Shown piece by piece: positions 26,285-40,000 of a DNA stretch of 64,000 bases. The notes under the pieces were generated by a model. It had not been told where the DNA came from. It worked only from the letters and a program-made list of their open reading frames with translations, and ran no database searches. This DNA comes from Lama glama. Lineage: Eukaryota. Each line of letters starts with the position of its first letter. The stretch's first letter is position 1. Where the stretch lies: assembly GCA_028534125.1 (NCBI GenBank), contig CM052816.1, forward strand, positions 34,226,001 through 34,290,000, given 5' to 3'. The position numbers and the translations under genes are program-made.

Positions 26285-26990
26285 TGGATATGTTAACTAA
26301 CTTTATCGTAGTAATCATGTCTCAATATACACATATATCAAATAATAATGTTGTACATCTTAAACTTATACAATGTTACAAGTCAATTATATCTCAAAAA
26401 AGCTAGAGAAAAAGAGAAAGGAAATAGGAATACAGAACAAGTAGGGCAAAGAAAATGCACTTTGAAAAGTGGTAGATTTTAATTCAAATAAATACCAATT
26501 ATATTACACATAAATGAACTAAGCCTTTCAATTATAAGAAAAATATCATCAGACCATAAAAAAAAATCACAACCTTATGTTATTACAAGAGACATCGAAA
26601 ACAAAGATAGAGAAAATTTGAAAAGAAAATGAAGACCCTACAAACAATAAGCAAAAGAAAATTGATATACCTAGATTAGTATCAGATAAATTAAAGCATT
26701 TTTAGGGATACAGAGAAAGATTTCAAAATAATTCAATTCAATTCACTGGGAAAATACACCTAAAAAATTATGTCTTCAAAATATGCAAAGCAAGAAATAA
26801 CAGAACTAATAAAATATGATCTAAATAAATGGAGACAGAAAATATTTCATAGACTGAAATAGTGCCATAAAGCTGCTGATTTTTTCCAAACTGATATAAA
26901 AAATTAATGCAATTATAATCAAAATCCCAACAAATATTTTCTGGAACTTCACAAGTGGATTTTAAGTTTTATGTAGAAATTCAACCATCA
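26285..26990 (+). mobile_element. L1 3' tail (26285-26410) followed by older L1 ORF2 fragments
   Basis: tgttgtacatcttaaacttatacaatgtta...tatatctcaa; then gtatcagataaa, ctaaataaatggagac, aatgcaattataatcaaaatccca. Confidence 0.7.
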
Positions 26991-26999
26991 TCTATAAAC

Positions 27000-28430
27000 A
27001 ATAAATTTTATTTTTTTTTAAATTCCATCTTTTACTTATGCATCCATGCCTTAATTTACTGATTTTAATCTTTAGAGTGGTTTTGAATAGGAGTTCTACC
27101 GGACCTCCCTGTCTTGATTCTGATCTCAGAGGAATCAGTGTCATTAGAGCTGATTCATTTTAATAAATGTTTTAATCAGAGTTAAGGGAGTTCTAGTCAT
27201 TGTTTTCTACATTTTCCCATAATAAATGTAGAACACATTTTTCCAAAAGTGTTTTATGCATCTGTTTAGATTATATATAGGTTTTTCTTTTTTTTATTCT
27301 GTTATTGTGATGAATTACATTGATTGACTTTCATATATAATGGTAACCTTGTTTTTCTAAAATAAAGCCAACTTAGTCATGGCATACTATCATTTTTATG
27401 TATTGCTTGATGTGATTTGATAGCATGTCATTTTAAAAGTTTTACATCATGTTTATGGGTGAGATGGATGTGAGGTTTTTCTTTTAATGTCCCTCTCAGG
27501 TACTGATATCAAGATTTGCTAACTTTATAAACTGAATTGGCAAGCACTTCCTCCCCTGGCCTTTTTTTTTTCTCAGAATTTTGTCTCTTTTTCCTTTTTT
27601 TTTTTTTAGATTGCTGTTGTTTCTTAAATATATAGTAGAAAAGAGGTAAGCTAAAATAGCCCCTTGTGAATGTAATTTATCTATTTTCTTCTTAGTTTTG
27701 TCAGTATTGCTTTATGCAACATAGACATTTAGAATTAATTAATTAGAATTAGCCCTTTGCTAATGAAATTAACATTATATCATTATAAAATAACCCTACT
27801 TGCTTTAACAATGTTTCTTGCCTTTGTCTAATATTAATCCAGCAAAATAATCTTTCTTGTTAGCATTTGTATTATATATCTTTCCACACCCTTTGCTTTC
27901 AAATGTTCCATGTCTTACATTTTATGTGCATGACTTGTAAGCAGCATATAGTTGTCTCTCAATCTAGTCTCACAATCTTTGTTTTCTGATGGTATGAGAT
28001 AGTTCATTTACATTTAATACCATGACTGATACATACGCAACTAAATCTGTGTCTTACTAAGTGTTCTCTATTTGTCTAGCTTACATTCTGTTCCTTTTTT
28101 TCTTCTTCCTTGCCTAATTTTGGATTGATTATCTTTTAGTACTCCATTTTCCTCCCTATTAATATTAACTCAGGAGTTGTACATGCTTCCACTCTTCTGT
28201 CAGTGATTTGGCTAGATTAAAACATGCTTCCTATCCTTACTAAAGTCTAATATTTCTTGCTACTTTCACTCTTTTACCACAACAATTCAGGAACCTTACA
28301 ACAGCAACTCTGTTTCTTCCCTCTCTTGACTTATATGCTATTCTTGTTATGTCTTTTAGTTCTATACCTATTTTAAATGACAGTTGACTCAATTTCACTG
28401 CTTTATATAGTAATAATAATAATTGGATTT
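27000..28430 (-). mobile_element. Old L1M ORF2 fragments
   Basis: T-rich antisense L1 (ccctgtcttgattctgatctcagagg; gtgatgaattacattgattga; cttgtaagcagcatatagttg). Confidence 0.75.
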
Positions 28431-28446
28431 ATCTTCCTAGCTACCA

Positions 28447-30642
28447 GTGGGTATAGAGGGAACATATCTCAGTGTAATAAAGGCCATATAAGCCCATAGA
28501 TAACATCCATACTCAAAAATGAAAACCTGAAATCACTTCCTTTAAGATCAGGAACAAGACAATGATGCCCACTCTTGCCGTTTTTATTCAGTATTGTATT
28601 GGAAGTCCTAACCACAGTGATCAGACAGGATAAATAAATAAAAGGAATCTAAATTGGAAAAGAAGTAAAACTGTCACTGTTTGCAGATGACATTTTACTA
28701 CATATAGAAAATCCTACAGACACCGCCAGAAAACCTATTAAAATAAATGAATTGAGTAAAGTTGCAGGATACAAAATTAATATAGAGAAATCTTGCATTT
28801 ATCTATATTATTAACAAACTGTCAGAAAGAGAAATGAAGAAAACAATACTATTTAAAATTGCATCCAACAAGAATAAAATACCTGGTAATAAATATAACT
28901 AAAGAGATGAAAGACTTGCACCCTGAAAACTGTAAGACAGTGATGAAAGAAGTTGAAGATGACACAAACAAATGGAAACATATACCATGATGTTAGATTG
29001 AAAAACTAGTATTATGAAAATGACCATACTATTCAAGGAACTCTATGGATTCAATGCAATCCCAGTGGAATTTTCAAAGACCTAGAACAAATAATTCTAA
29101 ACTTCGTATAGAAAAACAAAAGACCTCAAATAGCCAAAGCGATCTTGAGAAAAAAGAACAAATCTGGAGGCTGAGTTACAGTAGTCAAAGCAAAACAGAC
29201 ACATAAATCAATGGAACAGAACTGAGATGCCAGAAGTAAATCCACACTTAAATGGTCAACTTATCCATGACAAAGGAACTAAAAATACACAATGGGGAAA
29301 AGACAACCTCTTCAATAAGTGGTGTTGGGAAAACTGGACAACGACATGCAACATAATCAACATGGACTACTTTCTCAAATCATATACAAAAATACACTCA
29401 AAATCGATCAAAGACAATTTTAAGACCTGAAACCATAAAACTCCTAGATGAAAACACAGGCTATAAGCTCTTTGACATTGGTTTTAGCAATATTTTTTTG
29501 AATCTATCTCTTCTGGCAAGGGAAACAAAAGTCAAAATAAACTAATGGAACTACACAAATTAAAAAGCTTTTGCTCAGTGAAAACTATCAACAAAATGAA
29601 AAAGCTGCCTACTGAATGGGAGAAGATATTAGCAAATAATCCATCTGATAAAGAATTAATGTCAAAAAACAAAAAACTCATACATCTCAACATCAAAAAA
29701 AATTGTGATCAAAATACGAGCAGAACACTTAAATAGACATTTTTCTAAATGAGACATCCAGATGACTAATAGACAAATGAAAATGTGCTCAACATCTCTA
29801 ATCATCAGAGAAATGCAAGTCAAAAACACAATGATATCACCTCACACCTGTCAGAATGGCCATTATCAAAAAGACAACAAATAACCAGTGTTGGCAAGGA
29901 TGTGGAGAAAAGGGAATATTCATGCACTGGGTTGGTGAGATTGTAAACTGATGCAGCTACTACGGAAACAGTATGGAGTTTCCTCAAAAAATTAAAAATA
30001 GAACTGCCATACGATCCAGCAATTTTACTGCTGAGTATTTACTGAAAATAAGAAAGACATTAATTCAAAAAGATATATGTACCCCCACATTCACTGCAGT
30101 ATTATTTACAATAGCCAAGATACAGAAGCAACCTAAGTGCCCATCAATAGATGAATGGATAGAGACGGTGTGGCATATGTATACAATGGAATAGTACTCA
30201 GCCATAAAAGAAGATGAAATCTTGTCTTTTGTAACAACATGGATGAATCTAGAGGGTATTATGCTAAGTAAAATAAGTCAAAGACAAATGCTGTATGACT
30301 TCACTTATATGTGAAATCTGAAAAATGAAACAGACAAGGCAAAATGGAAACAGATTCACAGATACAGAATGCAATGGATGGCTACCAGAGGGTAGGGGAG
30401 TGGGGGGGCAAAGTAGTTGAAGGGGATTAAGAGGTACCAACTTCCAGTTATAAATAAGCCATAGGGTTGTAAACAACAGCATAAGGATTATGGTCAATAA
30501 TACTCTAGTAATTCTATATGGGGACATATGGTTACTAAACATTGTGGTGATCACTGAACAATGTATGCAAATGTCACATCACTACGTAGTAAACCTGAAA
30601 CTAACATAATATTGTACATCAACTATATTTCAATAAAAAAAA
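28447..30642 (+). mobile_element. 5'-truncated L1 (RT, C-terminus, 3' UTR, A tail), disabled
   Basis: ggaacaagacaatgatgccc, tttgcagatgac (FADD), [16 protein letters not shown] in ORF 29227-29430; aataaa plus A-run near 30632. Confidence 0.92.
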
Positions 30643-30684
30643 GACATCCTGTGGCACTTAGTGAGAATATGTGGTTATGCAAGA

Positions 30685-30733
30685 AAAAGTAAAAAAAGAA
30701 AAGAAAGAAAGAAAAAAAGAAAAGAAAGAAAAG
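30685..30733 (+). repeat. A-rich (GAAA)n-like simple repeat
   Basis: aaaaaaagaaaagaaagaaagaaaaaaagaaaagaaagaaaagg. Confidence 0.85.
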
Positions 30734-31379
30734 GAACAGATTGACATGTACAAAGCCAATAGTAGGAGTAGGTGGGAAACTCTGATTCACCAGACATATA
30801 AAAATTACAAATACAAGATTAGATTCTAAATGATGCTTAATAAAAAACAAGTTTCTCTTAACAGGAATACGTCTCATAATGAAGCATTATAAATAAACCA
30901 TATATACACTTTTCTTTCTTGATGAGAACTGTATGAAATAAAATCAGAATTTTTGTGTTTGTGAAGTTTAAACATGCAATAATTCTATAAACATCAAGTT
31001 TATTTGTGTGTGATGTTTTATGCATCTCAGTAGAAAAGATTATATTTTAGAGTATTTGATGCTCATGTTCCTGATAATATCTAGTGGACTAAATGAAACA
31101 GTTGGTAAAACTGGTCCAACAAAGCAACACAGAAGTATTTAGAAGAAGGATTAGAGATATGTTATGAATAGCTATTTAATTAAAATATATAATTTGGATT
31201 TGGGGGTATTTGTGGGGGGTTTTAGCTTTCTTAAAAGCATTTCTTTGTTTTTCTATTTAAATTTTTAACCTAACTTTGTACTTAAAATTTGAATTCCTTC
31301 TGTTAAAGAGGGGCCCAAAGTTAATGAGTTCCAGGTTCCACAAACCTTGAACACAAACCCTCCCTTCACTGGTTTATTC

Positions 31380-32400
31380 AGTGTTTATAAATATTCTGTT
31401 TTTGTTTGAAAATAAATATCTTTAATTCTGCATTTTTAAATAAAGATTTATTGGATTTTGAAGTCTAGGTTTTGAATTATTTTAACCCCTTGAAGATATT
31501 TCTCTTTTTTTCTGGTTTCCATTCTTCCTACTGAAGTCAGCTGACATTCCAATTGTCACGTCTCTTTAGATAAATTGCCTTTTTTTTCTGGCTGCTTTTA
31601 GGCTTTTACCTTTTCACTAGTTTTAGCAGTTTTACTACACGATGCTGTGTCCCAGTTGTTGTTCACAGTGTCTTCAATCTGCAGCTTGGTGTCTTTTATC
31701 CTTTTATTTTCTCCCCTGCAGGCCTCGGGCAGTTCCATGCCCCGCCTGCCTCTCCTCACTTTGCATGGTGCCTGGCTCTGAGGTGCATGAACTAACCAGT
31801 GTCTCTCATCTATTTTAGAAAATTTCAGACAATTCTTTCTTTCTTATTGTTCCTGCCTCCACTCTCTCTTCTCTCATCCTGGAACCCCAGAAGTGTAAAC
31901 TTGTTAGAATTTTTACACATCACCATTTCTTTCATGCTATTTTCTGTATTTTCCGTCTTTCTACCTCTGCTTGCTTTATTCTAGGTATTTCCTTCTGAAA
32001 TGCCTTCCAATTCATCATTTGCCATTCAACTCTGAATATTTTTAACTCATCCCTTAAATTTCTAAACTTAGATGTTACATTTTTTCAGTTTCAGAAGTTC
32101 TATAATTTATTGCCTTTTATGTCTCCAGTTCTCTTTCAAAATTCCTGCCCTTTACTTATTTCCTTGAACATACTGAACAGAGTTATTTTAAAGTATGATT
32201 TTTCCATTGCTCATATCACCTGTGATTCTGTGCATCACCCACCCTATAGGATGTTGTTCCTCTTGGGTTTTGGCTACGTTTTCTTCTCCTCTTGTATGTT
32301 TGGGTATTTTCTGTTGAATGTCATCCACTGTATATATAAAAATAATAGGGACAATATGAGGCCTAGGGTTATGTAATTTTTTTTCCATGGAGGAATTAAT
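31380..32400 (-). mobile_element. Old L1M fragment
   Basis: ttctggtttccatt...aagtcagctg; ttttctggctgcttttagg; tttttcagtttcagaagttcta. Confidence 0.65.
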
Positions 32401-32659
32401 TTTTTCCCTGGTACAATGCTAGTGTCACTAGCAAATCAAGAGAACATGAATTCTTTCCAAGACTAGGAGGATTCACAAGTCTCAATCCCCAAGAGGATAG
32501 TACTGTTTCCAGTTCACTTTTACCCTCAAGATATAAACGTTTAGAGTTCCCAACCTATGGAGTTGACCAAAGTCTCACCTTGGAAGGCCCTGAAGTCCAA
32601 TTTTGTAAAGCAAGCCTCATAAGCCTATCAAAAAAATCTGTTTAAATGAAAAAGAAATA

Positions 32660-33715
32660 CAAGAACAACAAAAAGGAAAGGAAGAAATAAAAACGCCCCT
32701 ACTCAAGGACTACAAGCTATGTAGAAAACTCCAAGGAATCTGTAAGAGAGCTCCTAACAAAATCACAAGATTAAAAATCAGCATACAAAAATCAACCATA
32801 CATACTAGCTATGTACAACTGGAAAGAAGTTTAAAAAATACCATTTAGAGTTGCAACAAAAATGAAATATTAATACTATAAACCTAACAAAACATGTATA
32901 GGAGCTCTATATTGAAATCTTAAAAATGCTGATAGAAGAAACAAAAGACAACCTAAATAGATGGATTAGAAGATTCAACATAATAAAGATGTCAGAAATC
33001 CCCAAATTGACCTATAGATTAATGGAATACCAATAAAAATGTTTTCTAGATATGAAAAAAGTGATCCTAAAATTTATATGAAAGGGCAAAGAAAATAGAA
33101 TAGCTAAGACAATTCTGAAAAAGACAACAGTTGAAGAAAGTAAATTTAACAGTTACCAAAAACAGCATAGTATTGATAAAGGGATAGCACACAAATCAAT
33201 GGCATGGAAGAGAAAGTCCAGAAATATGTCCACACAAATATGGCAATTTGATTCTTGACAAAGATACAAAAAATTTAATGAATAAATTATAGTCTTCTCA
33301 ACAAATTTATTAGAGCAACTGTATAAGAATGTGCATAAAAAATTATCAACTTTGACCTAAACATCTCATTTTATACAAAAATGAATTCAACACTGTAAAC
33401 TGACCATACTTCAATTAAAAAAAAGAAAGAAAAAACAGATTACAGATCTAAATATAAACATAAAATTATAAAGCTTTTAGAAGAAAACAGGAAACATATT
33501 CAGCACTTAGAGTTTAGTTAAGAGCCCATAGATATTACACTAAAAGCATGACCCATAAAGGAAAAAAACTGTAATTAGACTTCATCAAAATTAAAAATTC
33601 TGCAATGATAGGCACTGTTAAGAGGATGGAAAGACAAACCACAGGCTGAGAGAAAACATATGCAAATGATGTATAAGACAAAGGACTTCGGTCCAAAATA
33701 CACGAAGAACTCTTC
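32660..33715 (+). mobile_element. Old L1M ORF2 fragment
   Basis: tatgtagaaaactccaaggaatc; atggattagaagattcaacataataaagatgtca; cttcatcaaaattaaaaa. Confidence 0.85.
33391..33431 (+). mobile_element. Minimal young L1 3' tail inserted in older L1
   Basis: cactgtaaactgaccatacttcaattaaaaaaaa interrupts host ...aatgaattcaa|aaacagattacagatct. Confidence 0.7.
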
Positions 33716-36068
33716 CTACCCTACTTTGAGGTGTAGTAAGTAAAGAAGAAAGAATAACACCATTTGAGTTGTCCTCCTCATGGAACATGTGTTGGCTTCT
33801 AAAGGTCTCTGGTTTTCTGTTCTCTCAGCCATTGAGCTTCATCATTAAGCCTGTGGCCACCTGGGGCTGAGACTTTCCCTTTCATAGAAGAACAAGCTAT
33901 CAGGAAAACTCTGCTCCCACCTTTACAAGACCACTCTCCTAAGACCATCGCTGCTCTTTTGTGTATTATCCTGGGACAGCTTGTAGACAGATTAGACTTG
34001 GCTCTGACAGATTCTGAAGTGGGTCAGAAAGGAGCATTAATTAAATCAATTCCACTCTGTACTCAAGAATGAGAATAAAACTCATTCTCTTCTCTATATT
34101 GGTTCTCAAGTTACATCCAACTACATTACCCAAAATAGCACATCATAAATCCTGCAATGAGATTCAACGACAACATCAAGATACTCCAGTAATAAAATGA
34201 CAACATAGAGATGCACCAAAATTGAATACAAACCCCTTCCTATTATCATATTCCCAGAGAGAAAAAAGATCAGAGATTAAATTTCCTTGCAAGCTGAAGT
34301 CTAAAAACATTCAAGTCCAAAGGAACTGAGCTTCAAAATGAAATTTTCTTGCTCTTGAAATTTAAGAGCTCTAAGTCCAAAAAGCTTCCTCCCTGTTTTT
34401 CACTATGCTTAGTGTCAGTCAGGGGCATTCTTAATGCCTGGGTGCAATTGTAAATTGCCTTGCAAATTCCAGGCAAGACTATGTGCTCAAAACAGCACTG
34501 AGTTTGCCAGACCACACAGAGACACAGGGTTATCTGAATAAAGAAGGTAGATAGAGAAGGATGTTGGTCACTTGTGAACATAAACTCAACTGAGAAAACT
34601 CTTCTATCAAAAGGTTAAGATTCTTACTATGCATTTACCATTATCTAGGGGAGGGAAAGGCATCCATCTTTGTATATTGCCTCATTTCCCAAAGAGCAAC
34701 AATTTGAGATATACTTGCCTTCTACAAATTTTAGAAATATGCAATGGTAGCCTGAGTTATGAACATTGGTAAAGCCAAGTCCAAACACCTTTACTGTAGC
34801 AAAGAATGGAAAATTCTCAAAGGCACTCTCTGTGGGGCATCAGGGTTCCAAAATATCATACTTGTGTTAGGCTAGATTGCTTCCATCAAGGGATAATCGA
34901 GTCAGTGGGAGATGCAATGGGGTTTACACAGAGGTTCTAAGCACATGGGCTGAGAACAGCCTTATTTAAAACAAAACCTAAATTTCTTCTCTTTTTAAAA
35001 TCAGATACTTTTAAGCTGCACAAACTTTGCGAAACTTTTCTCCAAACCACCTTCTCCAAGATGAAGCTCTTACAGGACAACTTGCTTTGGTCTTGACTAA
35101 TATTTACTTTGTTTGCCTGAGTCTCATCATTCTAGAATCAGTAACACAGGAAAGGGACCTGTGACAAAAGCAACCAGGGATTAGGCCTGCAGTATGTAGC
35201 ATCCTAATTCCCTGTGTACCTTTGACCAAACTCCATCTGGAGTCACAAATGCATACATGCTGCAGTCTGCAGTCTCACCTTCCTTAACTGCTCCGCTTTA
35301 CCAGCTGTCTTGAAACCTATGCACGTCCTTTTGGATTCACTAGTTTCACATGTTCAACTTCTCCTAATGAAAATTAACATATATTTCTCCTCCATTGTAA
35401 TACATATTCATTCTGATCAAAACTACACAATCTTACGAAGTGAGAAGATGTAAGGACTTCAAAAATTGATAGCTATAAATTTTAATAAAAATATTACCCT
35501 TAAATTATATACATATAACTATGTTATATACTATAAACATACTCACATATTTTTAGTATTTTTCTTCTAGTTCTGAAAAATCAGTGACTAATTTTTCAAA
35601 ATTGGATTCATTTCTATGTTAAGCTGTAATAAGCCAGTTAAAGAAATCCATAGAATCTGGTTGTAAACATTGTGACTTGTTTTTGTAAGTCCTACAATAT
35701 GTTGTTCTAATGTACTTTTATCAAAATAGAATTCCAGTCATCTTAACAATGAAAACATTTTGTTTCGTATGCCTCTTTACAAAGATCTCTTAGATATAAG
35801 TTCTCTTAAGCCTTAGAGCAACTCTGTGAGCTCATGTATTATTTATTGTTCCCACTTTATAAGTGAGTAAACTGGGATTCAGGGGTCGATTTTCCACACT
35901 CCAAATATTTCTATATGACAAATCTTGGACTTAAAAACAAGTCTGATGACTTAGTTCTTTGCTTTTCCTGTGATAGTAGTAAGACTTGCAGAATTTTAGG
36001 AAATCATCATCATCAGTGTATTATTCAGCTAATGCCTTAATAATGCTGCATAACAAATCCCCCTAAAG

Positions 36069-36185
36069 CAGAGCTTCTCAGTCTCCACAGTATTGACGTT
36101 TGTGCTAGATAATTCTTTATTGTAATGCCCATTCTCTTTACGGTAAGATATTTAGCAGCACCCAAGGCTTGTACACCCTGGAACC
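36069..36185. mobile_element. MER20 (hAT-Charlie) half element
   Basis: cagagcttctca...tattgacgtttgtgctagataattctttattgt...atttagcagcaccc. Confidence 0.75.
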
Positions 36186-36191
36186 CACTAT

Positions 36192-36687
36192 TGTAGAAAG
36201 AATAACAGCTGCCTAAACATGTCCACATCCTGATCCCCAGAACCTATAAATGCTTTACCTTATGTGGCAAAAGGGACTTTGCAGATATGACAAAAGTGAT
36301 GGGATGATTATTATTTTATAAGATTTATCTTAACAGACTGGAGGGAGAGATTCTCCTGCTGGCCTTGAAAAGTAAGTAATCAAATTTTGAACTACCTAGA
36401 GGGTGGATCACATGGTAAGGAAGCTCATGTGGCCTCTAGGACCTGGGATCGTTCCTCAGATGACAGCCAGTAATAAGCCAAGTGAGTCTGGAAGCAGATT
36501 CTTCCCTACCTGAGCTCCAGATGAGAACACAGACTGACAACACTTCACAGCCTTGTAGAGACAACAGAGAACCAAGATAACCAATGCCTATAGCCTTGAC
36601 CCACAGAAACTGTGAAATAGTAAATATGTGTTGTTTTAAGTCAGTAAGTTTGTAGTAAATTGTTATGCAACACTGAAAACTAATGCA
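36192..36687 (+). mobile_element. MLT1D-like solo LTR
   Basis: TG...CA ends; atgtccacatcctgatccccagaacct...tggcaaaagggactttgcagat...ttgttatgcaacactgaaaactaatgca. Confidence 0.88.
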
Positions 36688-36689
36688 CT

Positions 36690-37060
36690 ACAACTGTGAA
36701 TGAGACAGGCCTTAAAGCTATCAGTGGTAGTTCTGGCAGGGAAAGCAACTCAGTGTCCAGACTAAATGTCGACCCCAGTGAGAACAACGTGCTGCCCCTT
36801 CCGTGATGGAAATGGTCCTGTGCAATCAGCTGCCTGACTCTCCAGGAGAACAGTGCCACAACAGGGGGCTTGGCGTCTGTCTGCTGAAGACAGCCTACAC
36901 ACCCAGCAGTGGCTGCAGCCCAGTCAGCGTTGGTGAGTGGAAATCCACACTGCCAAGTCCAAGGAAAACCTCTAACTCCAACACTGTGGGTACCTTGTGA
37001 ACCCACTGAGCAAGGACAGAGGTGGCTGAGGAAGGAAAGGGGCCTGAGAGACATCCTCAG
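36690..37060 (-). mobile_element. ERVL Pol (integrase N-terminal) fragment
   Basis: ORF 36680-37054 GFPLTNADWAAATAGCVGCLQQ resembles ERVL GLPLTKADLATATAECPICQQQ; a frameshifted GPFPSRKGQHVVLTGVD-like segment follows. Confidence 0.85.
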
Positions 37061-40000
37061 GACAGATCATGTGGCTTTACACAAAAGGAGTCATTTTATT
37101 ATCTCTCCCTGTTGCTTTTTGTCAAGAATCTGGGAAGGACTTGGCTTCTTATTTGGGGTCTCTCATATGGTTTCAGTCAAATGTAAGCCGGGGCTCTAGT
37201 CATCTAAAGGTTTGACGGAGTCTGTAGTACCCACTTCAAACTGGCTCACTCACATGGCTGGCAAAATTTGAGTCCTGATTCTGACCCTTTGTACCCATAT
37301 TATTTGGAGATAGTTGCTTAAATTCTGTGAGCTCCATTCTGCTTGGCTATAAAATAGAAATGATAATATTTAATTTGTAAGGTTGATTTGAAAATCTGTG
37401 ATCACATGACAAAGCATCAGGCAAAAATTTTACTCAGCAAAGGACGCTGTTCCTAGCATACAGGAGAGAGATGGGAGCTCATGCTGGGAGTATGAGTAGG
37501 AGTTTGCTCTGGGGCAAGAAAATGACTTTAAAGACCAAACTTAAACAATGATCAGAATGGCCCTCAGACATGAAAATCTTGATGGTCCCAGAAAGGATTC
37601 TCTCTCTCCACTTGATCTCCTTATAGGTCTTCTAGCCCTGTCCCCTTCTATTGAAACACTAGCAGGAAGGGCTCAGCCCAAGGTCTGTCCATGCTTCCCA
37701 ATGGGTCAGTCTCCTTTCCCAAAGGGATAGCAGACATTTCTACATAGCATTTTGCTCTACTTCACTTCCTACTAGTAAAGTCTATGGTAAGGCATGCCTA
37801 CTCCAGACAGAACCAATTTGTGCAGTCCAACAGTCTACCTGTTGCCCCTTGTGCTTTCCGACCTCTGTCCCTTGGCTCATGCTGTTTCTTCTATCTTGAC
37901 ACCCTCCCCTTGCCTTCATTCTTGCTAGAAAACAGACACTTGTTTCAGGGTCAAATTTCACTTCACCTTTAGAGTTTTCCCTGGCAGATTTTTCTTTACT
38001 TGGCTGTCTCTTAGCGTATCGTGCCTGCGCCAGTCTAAGTCTTATTTCTCATTAGTGTAGAAGTCCCCTGGTGGGGAGGGGGTGACTATGTCTTCAATAT
38101 TCTCCACAGAGCCCAGCACAGCATGGTCTTCCTAATATGCATTTGAAGTTTTATTGTATTAGACTTTACTTCAAGAATTAATTCACATCTTTGCAGTAAA
38201 CTGACATTCACCTTCTGCGTGAAAATCACAACAATGCTAAATGTTTGTATTCCTAAAAAGTAAACATTGAATGGGAAAGACTTTTGTCCCCTTTTTCTTC
38301 ACTTTGAAACATTTTTTTCCCTTTCTGTGTTAAAATCAAGAATGCATATGTAGTTTTCTGACGTTATTTAATGCCTACAGCATTTTACTAGAATCACAAT
38401 GGTCCTGGAAGGAACTTTGAACGGTAAAGTAAAGCACTCTCTTATTTCTAAATAAGACTGTAATTAACTCTCCCCAGAAACGTGAATATATATAGTCTCT
38501 CAAGAATGTGCTTTAGAAAAGAACTGAGCTAGAAAGAGAGAGAGTAGGAAAACTCAGTCTTTCTTCCCTGATTAACCCCCTCCTGTTCCAATAACTCCTA
38601 TCCTTATACTGATCATCTCTGTAACGCCTTTTGTTGTTCTCACGGAGAATATGCTTAAAGAGACTAGAAATGTTTTTCTGATAATTGGGGTTGTTATTAC
38701 ATGCCCCCCATCCCAAATTTAGAGAGTGGCATTCTCTATATTCTTTAAAATAGTTCCCTGGACCAGCACATTTGTCTCTAATAAGCATCAACTATTAAGT
38801 AGCAGCAATTTTTCATTTGGGGTAAAGTCACTTCATAGAACAACCATGGAGATAGAGCAAAATATTAGAATGTGAGGATCCTAGGGCTTGAAGAGGTCTT
38901 TCTAATTCATTCCTCTGACTTTGGATATGAACACACAATCCATCACAAAAGAGACTCTCCTATGTTTTGAAATGTTGGAGGGAAAAAATCCAGTCTTTGT
39001 TGCTAACTGATTTGTAACTTCATTGGGTTAAGTACCACAAGTCACTACGCTGTTTTCTGGTGGTGGTGGTGTGCTTTTGTTTGGCTTATTTATGTTAGAT
39101 TTGTTTTGTTTCTTGACAATCTCTTATTAAAGTTATTACATAATTATACTTCAGCATTTATTTCCTAACTCAATTCTACGATAGTTGCTCAGAAATCATG
39201 CTTGTCCATGCTTTAATTAGTTGGTTAATGCCTTCTGATTGGTCTCTATATTGTCCTCACCCTCTTTGGCTACTACTAAAAGGAGCAGTAAGTCAGTACA
39301 TATGAGTGTGGGTGAAATTGCCACTGTATTTTTCTCCTTGTAAGTAATCCCAGTTTCATTCAGACTTTTACTGCATATATCCTACCTGCCAACGTGGGCA
39401 CCACAGACTTGTCAAAGTTTGGTCAAACTTCAAACTAGATTCAGACGTTATGATCTCAAGTGAATTAACTGCCCCCTCTTCTGTGTTCCAGTTGCTCTTC
39501 ACACTTATCTCTAATACATAACATATATTATATTTTTATTTTTAGACACATACCTGTTTCTTATACATATTGAAATATGAACAGTCAAGAATAGGAGCTA
39601 GGAAAATGCCTGTTTAGGTTAAATGCTCAGCAAATGTGAAAAAGCAAAGGATACAAAGAAGAAAATGTGTTTAGAACTGAAAGAAATGACAAAGATTATC
39701 AAGTTTAACCAAATTTTACAAACAAGGAGAGTAAGACAATATGAACTTAGATGAGCCAAAGCCAGATGCCTAGTGACAGGCTGTTACAGGCATTTTGAAT
39801 TTGGGCGCACCACATACTCATTTCTCCACTTACTTGGTTAAGACTGCTCTGACTTTAGACCCCTGCCCTTCTAGAACTTTTGCTTAAACTCTTAAGGAAA
39901 GAGGAGATTTTCTATCCGCCAGTATTGAGCCTGGGAAGATTCAGGACAGGAGTTGTCGGCAGTGAATATGCCACTGTTTGGAGTCTAAATATAAAGCCAA

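Larger units (their letters stand above)
36017..37263 (-). mobile_element. Old MLT1 LTR split by later insertions (pieces 36017-36068 and about 37068-37263)
   Basis: tgtattattcagcta...gcataacaaatccccctaaa continues as gtggctttacacaa...tggctcactcacatggctggca. Confidence 0.65.
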
